Assembly (NCBI GenBank): GCA_036825545.1
Contig: DAISYB010000020.1
Coordinates: forward strand, 11-64,010
Length of the DNA: 64,000 nt
Reading direction: 5' to 3'
DNA from: Crocinitomicaceae bacterium
GTDB lineage: Bacteria > Bacteroidota > Bacteroidia > Flavobacteriales_D > Crocinitomicaceae
Position numbers and translations under genes: made by a program. Below are positions 1 to 5,238 of the stretch, one piece after another; the stretch's first letter is position 1; each line of letters begins with the position of its first letter. The notes under the pieces were generated by a model that worked only from the letters and a program-made list of their open reading frames with translations, was not told the DNA's origin and searched no databases.

Positions 1-50
1 GTTTACTTTAAAAAGTCGGCACGCCGCCAAGCCCGCTGCCGTTATTTGCA
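1..50 (+). repeat. 3' portion of an attC-like site cut by the window edge, ending in the core-like sequence GTTATTTGCA
   Basis: A GC-rich imperfect hairpin (cggca 17-21 / tgccg 37-41) runs directly into GTTATTTGCA (41-50). That 10-mer is the exact reverse complement of TGCAAATAAC at 3204-3213, at the far end of the downstream two-gene unit. Confidence 0.45.
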
Positions 51-86
51 ATATTGCACCACAGTAAGCATTAAACGATTAATATT

Positions 87-94
87 TATTTTTG
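87..94 (+). promoter_or_regulatory. Candidate Bacteroidota sigma-A -7 box (TATTTTTG, consensus TAnnTTTG) upstream of the methylase gene
   Basis: Exact match to TAnnTTTG. It lies just before an A8 run and the in-frame region that encodes the conserved methylase N-terminus. Confidence 0.35.
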
Positions 95-164
95 AAAAAA
101 AAGTCATCTGGAACTAGAAAAAACATATAAACCATTTTTACGCTGGGCAGGAGGCAAAAATTGG

Positions 165-923
165 TTGTTAAAGAATTTAAACGATTACTTACCTAAAAAG
201 GGATTCAATAATTACATAGAGCCATTTTTAGGAGGGGGATCAATATTTTTTTATTTATCTCCGAAAGATGCAATTCTATCAGATCTAAATAGTGAATTGA
301 TTGAAACATATTGTATTTTAAGAGACTCTGTGGAGCCAATTATTGATGTATTACAAACCTATTCGAATACAGAATCATTCTACTATCAAATTCGATCAAA
401 AATTCCAAAATCGGAAATTGAAAGAGCTGCAAGATTTATTTTCTTAAATCAAACATCATTTAATGGTATTTATCGAGTAAATCTCAAAGGAGAATACAAT
501 GTCCCATATGGATTTCGAACGAAAAATTTTCTTCAGGAAGAAAACCTTCGTTCTGCTAGCGAATGTTTAAAAAGTGTAATTATCAAATCAAGAGATTTTT
601 ATCGCTCTTTGGAGGATGTCAAAAAAGGTGACCTTGTAATTCTCGATCCACCATACACGGTTACTCACAATAATAATGGATTCATTAAATACAATGCAAA
701 ATTATTCGATTTAAATGCCCAAATTGCCCTAAGTAAATACATTGATTGTGTCAATGAAATAGGAGCAAATTATATCTTGACTAATGCCGCCCATGAAGAT
801 ATAAGAAAGATTTTCACTCGAAAACATAACGTTATTGAAACAACGAGTAGAGCAAGCTTAGTTGGTGGGAGTAAGGCCAAAAGAGGTAAATATGACGAAT
901 TTATTATTACAAACATTCATTGA
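165..923 (+). CDS. Dam-family (D12 class) N6-adenine DNA methyltransferase
   Basis: Motif I is EPFLGGGSIFF and motif IV is DPPY (645-656). NQTSFNGIYRVN is typical of Dam/DpnM enzymes. The conserved KPFLRWAGGK box is encoded in frame upstream (129-158) of the first canonical start, so the true start is probably near 108 (CTG). The coordinates given are those of the ORF track. Confidence 0.85.
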   Translation: MLKNLNDYLPKKGFNNYIEPFLGGGSIFFYLSPKDAILSDLNSELIETYCILRDSVEPIIDVLQTYSNTESFYYQIRSKIPKSEIERAARFIFLNQTSFNGIYRVNLKGEYNVPYGFRTKNFLQEENLRSASECLKSVIIKSRDFYRSLEDVKKGDLVILDPPYTVTHNNNGFIKYNAKLFDLNAQIALSKYIDCVNEIGANYILTNAAHEDIRKIFTRKHNVIETTSRASLVGGSKAKRGKYDEFIITNIH

Positions 924-925
924 AA

Positions 926-3202
926 ATGGACGATAACACTAGAATATCTTTATCAGGTAAATTACTCAGCGGGAATGAGTTAAAAAAAGAACTGAATTCC
1001 AGAAAAAGGGAATTTATTTATGAAAGTGTACCAAAGTCTTTAAAAGATGAATTTGAATCAGATGGATGGAAATTAGATAAGGAATTTAAAACAAAGTATA
1101 AATTCAAAAAACTAAAAGAAACTGATATTCAATTTGAAGATCAAGTATGGACATTACTCGCAAATTTGGGTTTTACATTTTTAAACAAAGACAGAAATTT
1201 CAATATCCCATATGATAAAGAAGGTAACACTCAACAAATTGACGTAATAGCGAAGGATGATGAATCAGTTTTAATTATTGAATGTAAAGCTTCGAAGGAG
1301 AAAAATAAAAGGGCTGATTTCAAAAAGGATCTGGAAGCATATTCAAGTAAAATAGGTGGTATTTTGCAATCTGTCAAAGAATTATTTCCAAATTCAAAAT
1401 TAAAATTCAAGTTCATCCTAGCAACCTCAAATTATGCGGTTAGCGAACTAGATTTAGAACGACTAGCAAACATTGGTGGCATTCATTTGGACGAAGAAGC
1501 AATTAATTATTACGGTGAAATGCATAGTCAAATTGGTTTAGCTGCGAGGTATCAATTATTAGGCAGTCTTTTTGAAGGTCAAGAAATTCCCGAAATTCAA
1601 AATGAGATCCCTGCAATACAAGGTAAAATGGGAGGACATACGTATTATTCATTCTCAATTGAACCTGAAAAGCTTCTTAAAATAGGATATGTATTACACA
1701 GAAATAAAGCCAATAGAAAAATGATGCCAACATATCAAAGAATTATTAAGAAGGCTCGAATTAAATCTGTTCAAGAATTTATAGATAATGGCGGTTATTT
1801 TGCAAATTCTATAATAATTAGTATTACAACGAATAATAAGAAATTAAAATTTGACAGAGCAAATACTCAAGTTAAAGATTCCATAGCAGATATTGGTATT
1901 CTTCATCTACCAAAAAAATATAGATCAGCTTTCATTATAGATGGCCAACATCGGTTATATGGATATTCAAACTCTACCTATAAAGCAAAAAATTCAATTC
2001 CTGTTGTTGCGTTTATTGATTTGGATAGAGAAGAACAAGTGAAATTATTTATGCAAATAAATGAAAATCAGAAAGCTGTCCCAAAAAATTTAAGAAATAC
2101 TCTTAATTCTGATCTTCTATGGACTTCTGATAGCTTGCTAGATCAATTTAGAGCAATAAAATCCAGAATTTCATTGGAATTAGGTGAGAACAGAAATTCA
2201 GCATTGTATGACAGAGTTATTATTGGTGAAAATAAAAAAAACAATCTAAGATGTATAACTACCGATACAATTATTAGAGCAATTGGAAGAACAAACTTTT
2301 TAGGAAAAGTTACTAAAACTAAAATTGAAAATCCAGGCTCATTTTACAGAGGGGATTTGGATGATTGTTTCGATAAATTATCTGATTTCCTTATTAGGTC
2401 TTATTCTTATTTAACCGATAACGTCCAAGAAGAATGGAAACGTGGAGAAGATAGTATAATTGGTATAAACAAGGGGGTGTATGCCTATATTATGATCTTA
2501 GGTGATATTGTTGACTTTCTTCTAGAAAACAATATTTGTACCCCTAAGAGTTCATCAAAAGTGTTGTTTGAGGAAAGCAAGACATACATAGACCCGATAA
2601 TTAATTTTTATCTTGAAATTAAACCTGATACTGCTGAAGAATTAAAATCAAAACACGGATCAGGTGGAGATACAAAATACTGGCGTACCTTGCAGTTGGC
2701 TGTTAGAAAAGTACATCAAAATTTCAATCCATTAGGATTAGATGATTATCTAAAAAAGGAAGCTCGAGAGTACAATACTGAAGCATTCAAATATATTAGA
2801 GATATTGAAACTTATTTTAAAGATGATTTTAAAAATAGACTCGAGGATTTTTTCGGTTCTTCTTGGTTTAAAAAAGGTGTGCCGCCTCAAACTGCAAAAA
2901 AAGCTAATGAACTTGCTTTCGACAAAAATTTGACAATTGAAAATGTGGAAGATGAAGTTGACGCATGGGATTGTTTAACAATAATTGCATATAGATCCAT
3001 TGCTGTAAAGAATTGGAGAGAAATCTTTGAAGAACATTATACGAGACCGGGTGAAGAAAAAATGCAAGGAGGTAAAGAAGCAAAGACTGAATGGATGGTA
3101 AAATTGGAAAAACTAAGAAATGAAAACTTCCATCAATATTCAGTGACCGAAGAAGAATTTGATTTTTTACAATCTATTCATGAATGGCTGATTGAAAAAT
3201 AA
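926..3202 (+). CDS. Large fusion protein: N-terminal PD-(D/E)xK nuclease-like core, central DGQHR (DndB/DpdB/ParB-like) domain, C-terminal HEPN-like Rx4H motif
   Basis: IDVIAK..VLIIECK gives D at 1241-1243 and ExK at 1280-1288. FIIDGQHRLYGY places DGQHR at 1940-1954, followed by FMQINENQKAV. LRNENFH lies at 3116-3133. The ATG at 926 is 2 nt after the methylase stop codon; the TTG at 920 in the ORF track is less likely. Confidence 0.7.
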   Translation: MDDNTRISLSGKLLSGNELKKELNSRKREFIYESVPKSLKDEFESDGWKLDKEFKTKYKFKKLKETDIQFEDQVWTLLANLGFTFLNKDRNFNIPYDKEGNTQQIDVIAKDDESVLIIECKASKEKNKRADFKKDLEAYSSKIGGILQSVKELFPNSKLKFKFILATSNYAVSELDLERLANIGGIHLDEEAINYYGEMHSQIGLAARYQLLGSLFEGQEIPEIQNEIPAIQGKMGGHTYYSFSIEPEKLLKIGYVLHRNKANRKMMPTYQRIIKKARIKSVQEFIDNGGYFANSIIISITTNNKKLKFDRANTQVKDSIADIGILHLPKKYRSAFIIDGQHRLYGYSNSTYKAKNSIPVVAFIDLDREEQVKLFMQINENQKAVPKNLRNTLNSDLLWTSDSLLDQFRAIKSRISLELGENRNSALYDRVIIGENKKNNLRCITTDTIIRAIGRTNFLGKVTKTKIENPGSFYRGDLDDCFDKLSDFLIRSYSYLTDNVQEEWKRGEDSIIGINKGVYAYIMILGDIVDFLLENNICTPKSSSKVLFEESKTYIDPIINFYLEIKPDTAEELKSKHGSGGDTKYWRTLQLAVRKVHQNFNPLGLDDYLKKEAREYNTEAFKYIRDIETYFKDDFKNRLEDFFGSSWFKKGVPPQTAKKANELAFDKNLTIENVEDEVDAWDCLTIIAYRSIAVKNWREIFEEHYTRPGEEKMQGGKEAKTEWMVKLEKLRNENFHQYSVTEEEFDFLQSIHEWLIEK

Positions 3203-3203
3203 A

Positions 3204-3290
3204 TGCAAATAACATGCACTAAGCAAAATGGCGCAACAATTACTCTCGAAAGAAAGCGCCACATTGCCTAGTGCAGAACCGTTAGAGTAC
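3204..3290 (+). repeat. attC-like imperfect palindrome A (end of cassette 1, start of cassette 2)
   Basis: TGCAAATAAC, then 1 nt, then arm 3215-3234 tgcactaagcaaaatggcgc, a 21-nt loop, and arm 3256-3275 gcgccacattgcctagtgca (17/20 paired). This is followed by gaacc and GTTAGAGTAC (3281-3290). Confidence 0.6.
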
Positions 3291-3333
3291 ATCACCCACA
3301 CCCGGCCTACTCCCGAAATAAATTTGGAAAATA

Positions 3334-3354
3334 GTAACTTATAAGTTACATTTG
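3334..3354 (+). promoter_or_regulatory. Perfect 16-bp palindrome (likely TA operator) overlapping a -7 promoter box
   Basis: GTAACTTATAAGTTAC (3334-3349) is a perfect palindrome. TACATTTG (3347-3354) matches TAnnTTTG. The toxin ATG follows 4 nt later. Confidence 0.5.
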
Positions 3355-3358
3355 CATC

Positions 3359-3727
3359 ATGAATCAAAAAGTCCGCGAAGTTGTTGAATTTGAGAATCAC
3401 TTTAGTGAATTCCTTATGAAGCAACCCAAAAAGGTTCAGAACAAGATATTTAAGATAATTGAAGCGATTGAAACACTTGAAAGAGTGCCGAGCAATTATC
3501 TGAAAATGCTTGTTGGAACCAATGGACTTTATGAAGCAAGGATCCAATTAGGATCTGATATTTGGAGAGTATTTTGCTTTTTTGACAATGGAAAACTGGT
3601 CATTTTATTAAATAGCTTCACAAAGAAGACTCAAAAGACTCCTAAAAATGAAATTGAAAAGGCACTGCAATTGATGCAGAAGTATCACGCCAGTAGGCGG
3701 ACAGGTTATGACACAAAAAAGAAATGA
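3359..3727 (+). CDS. Type II toxin, RelE/ParE superfamily (HigB / phage Gp49-like)
   Basis: 122 aa. The pattern LYEARIQLGSDIWRVFCFFDNGKLVILLNSFTKKTQKTP is typical of Gp49/HigB-type toxins. The gene sits directly upstream of an XRE-type HTH gene. Confidence 0.8.
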   Translation: MNQKVREVVEFENHFSEFLMKQPKKVQNKIFKIIEAIETLERVPSNYLKMLVGTNGLYEARIQLGSDIWRVFCFFDNGKLVILLNSFTKKTQKTPKNEIEKALQLMQKYHASRRTGYDTKKK

Positions 3728-3728
3728 C

Positions 3729-4019
3729 ATGAGCACAAGAAGTTGGAAAGAAATCAAAGATGAAGTATACGGTAAAAAAGGTACTTCTCGTCGTGATGAG
3801 TTGGAGCGTGAATTCGAGTCATTTAAGATCGGGTTGCTTCTAAAAAAGGCTCGGGAAGAGAAACACTTAACCCAAGAACAACTTGCGGAATTAGTGGATA
3901 AGAAAAGAACTTACATTTCGAGAGTTGAAAATGATGGGAGCAATATGACGCTCAAAACATTATTTGAAATTGTCGAAAAAGGTTTGGGTGGAAAAGTTAA
4001 AATATCCATCCAAATTTAA
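3729..4019 (+). CDS. XRE-family helix-turn-helix antitoxin (HigA-like)
   Basis: LLLKKAREEKHLTQEQLAELVDKKRTYISRVENDGSNMTLKTL is a canonical XRE HTH. The ATG at 3729 is 2 nt after the toxin stop. The alternative in-frame start at 3708 would overlap the toxin gene. Confidence 0.8.
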   Translation: MSTRSWKEIKDEVYGKKGTSRRDELEREFESFKIGLLLKKAREEKHLTQEQLAELVDKKRTYISRVENDGSNMTLKTLFEIVEKGLGGKVKISIQI

Positions 4020-4026
4020 TTTAGAC

Positions 4027-4109
4027 GTACTCTAACACACAGTAAGTAAAATGGCGCACGAACATACTCAAGAGATTGCGCTACTTCGCCTACTGTGGGA
4101 TCATTAGTC
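4027..4109 (+). repeat. attC-like imperfect palindrome B (end of cassette 2)
   Basis: GTACTCTAAC (4027-4036) is the reverse complement of 3281-3290. Then 1 nt, arm 4038-4058 cacagtaagtaaaatggcgca, an 18-nt loop, and arm 4077-4097 tgcgctacttcgcctactgtg. This is followed by ggatc and ATTAGTC, where the core G is replaced by A. Confidence 0.6.
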
Positions 4110-4126
4110 AGAATTATAAAAAGAAT

Positions 4127-4582
4127 ATGAAAACACTAAAAATCACAATTATTTGTGCCATATTTTCAATGGCCATCCTTTCGTGTAAAAAAAATGTCAG
4201 CGGATGTACAGATCCAATGTCTGACAATTACACCGCCGAAGCAAACGTAGAAGATGGAAGTTGTAATTATCATGGGAATCTGATTGCATGGTATGATACA
4301 ATTACCCGTGATAGTCTACTCGCTAATAACGTAGCATCAGTTACTATATTTGTGGATAATGAAACATTCCAAAATATCAATCCTTCCTTTATTCTTTGGT
4401 CCTCTCAACCAGAATGCAGTACAAGTTCAATAGGCAATTGGATAACCATGCAAGGTGTAAAAAACAAGACCATTTCCGTTACTGCAAAAGCATCTGATGG
4501 TTCTAACTCAGAGATCCGCAGTTGGAGTCAGTCAATGACTATAAATGCTGGTGAATGTAAACTTTACCAGATAATTTGGTAA
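4127..4582 (+). CDS. Small lipoprotein, function unknown
   Basis: Signal peptide and lipobox in MKTLKITIICAIFSMAILSC. A Cys-bounded motif CTDPMSDNYTAEANVEDGSC follows. The track ORF start at 4076 would run through the attC-like element, so the ATG at 4127 is preferred. Confidence 0.6.
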   Translation: MKTLKITIICAIFSMAILSCKKNVSGCTDPMSDNYTAEANVEDGSCNYHGNLIAWYDTITRDSLLANNVASVTIFVDNETFQNINPSFILWSSQPECSTSSIGNWITMQGVKNKTISVTAKASDGSNSEIRSWSQSMTINAGECKLYQIIW

Positions 4583-4590
4583 AGATCTAA

Positions 4591-4754
4591 AGCAAATAAC
4601 AGTGTGTGTGCATTATTACCTATTGACGTTGTTAGGGGGGCAAAGGAGGAATAATTGATGCAGAATTCAAGAATGGAAAATGGCATATTAGAAAATAAAA
4701 AACAGATGCTTTGGTTTGTGCCTAGTTGACAGTGAACCATACAAACAGTTAAGG
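4591..4754 (+). repeat. Degenerate, expanded attC-like element C (end of cassette 3 and of the array)
   Basis: It starts with AGCAAATAAC, 9/10 identical to the start of element A. It contains aaaatggc and the right-arm-like sequence gtgcctagttgacagtgaacc (compare A: ttgcctagtgcagaacc). Core-like heptamers are GTTAGGG (4631-4637) and GTTAAGG (4748-4754). The central pairing is poor. Confidence 0.4.
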
Positions 4755-4827
4755 TATTCCACAATTACCAAATCTAAATCGTTCAAAACTCTTTTCAAAA
4801 GGCTGGAAGTCGACCGTGCTTATTTCC

Positions 4828-4835
4828 TATTTTTG
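4828..4835 (+). promoter_or_regulatory. Candidate -7 box TATTTTTG, 4 nt upstream of the ATG at 4840
   Basis: Exact TAnnTTTG match. The box-to-ATG spacing is the same as at 3347-3354/3359 and 21580-21587/21592. Confidence 0.4.
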
Positions 4836-4839
4836 CCTG

Positions 4840-5238
4840 ATGATCCGTTTACTCATTCTTTGTATAGCGATCCTCTCCTTCTCCGCTGCGTGCACCAAAG
4901 GTCATGGCAACAAGTTGGAAAGTGATAAGCTGGATATCTACTTTGAATTCAAAGAAGATGAAAATCTTGCTGCAGGTATCGGAAAGTACTGGAAAAACAA
5001 CGGACTCACAGGTGAACAGAAACAAACACTTCGCCTCACCAAAGATGATCAGTCCTACCTCCTTCAATTGATCGCCAATGATCCAAAAGAAGTAAAAAAC
5101 ATGCCTTTCTCTGAGCTGAAATTGCTACTGGAACTGCAGAAGTCGCTCAATGAAGAACTTTTCTCTGAAACGAAGTCACTAGAGATCATGATTTGTGACG
5201 GATCGTTTAATGCCATCCAAAACATTAATGAATTATGA
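4840..5238 (+). CDS. Hypothetical lipoprotein, first gene of the 4840-10475 operon
   Basis: MIRLLILCIAILSFSAAC is signal-peptide/lipobox-like. The stop overlaps the next start (ATGA at 5235-5238). The track start at 4816 (GTG) is less likely, given the -7 box at 4828-4835. Confidence 0.55.
   Translation: MIRLLILCIAILSFSAACTKGHGNKLESDKLDIYFEFKEDENLAAGIGKYWKNNGLTGEQKQTLRLTKDDQSYLLQLIANDPKEVKNMPFSELKLLLELQKSLNEELFSETKSLEIMICDGSFNAIQNINEL

Noticed and set aside
60-70. CACAGTAAGCA, which resembles the left arms of attC-like elements A and B, just inside cassette 1.
   Set aside because: Only an 11-nt similarity exists, with no complementary partner arm nearby. I cannot distinguish a remnant half-site from chance.
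3167-3547. A 126-aa minus-strand ORF spanning the end of the DGQHR gene, attC-like element A and the start of the toxin gene.
   Set aside because: It crosses a structured repeat and a promoter/operator and overlaps two well-supported plus-strand genes. It shows no protein-like features.
4076-4126. The N-terminal extension of the lipoprotein ORF in the ORF track (start at 4076).
   Set aside because: The extension would be translated from the right arm of attC-like element B. The ATG at 4127 gives a clean signal peptide and lipobox.
4658-4729. A 23-aa ORF (MQNSRMENGILENKKQMLWFVPS) preceded by a strong AAGGAGG (4643-4649) inside element C.
   Set aside because: The ORF is very short, lies within a degenerate repeat, and has no supporting homology that I can see. 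The SD-like sequence is notable in an otherwise SD-poor genome but is not sufficient to call a gene. It is worth checking only if Ribo-seq data exist.
4564-4925. The ORFs 4564-4764 (minus strand) and 4716-4925 (plus strand) in the region between cassette 3 and the core operon.
   Set aside because: They overlap the attC-like element and the promoter and start of the 4840 gene. Their sequences are compositionally odd and carry no motifs.
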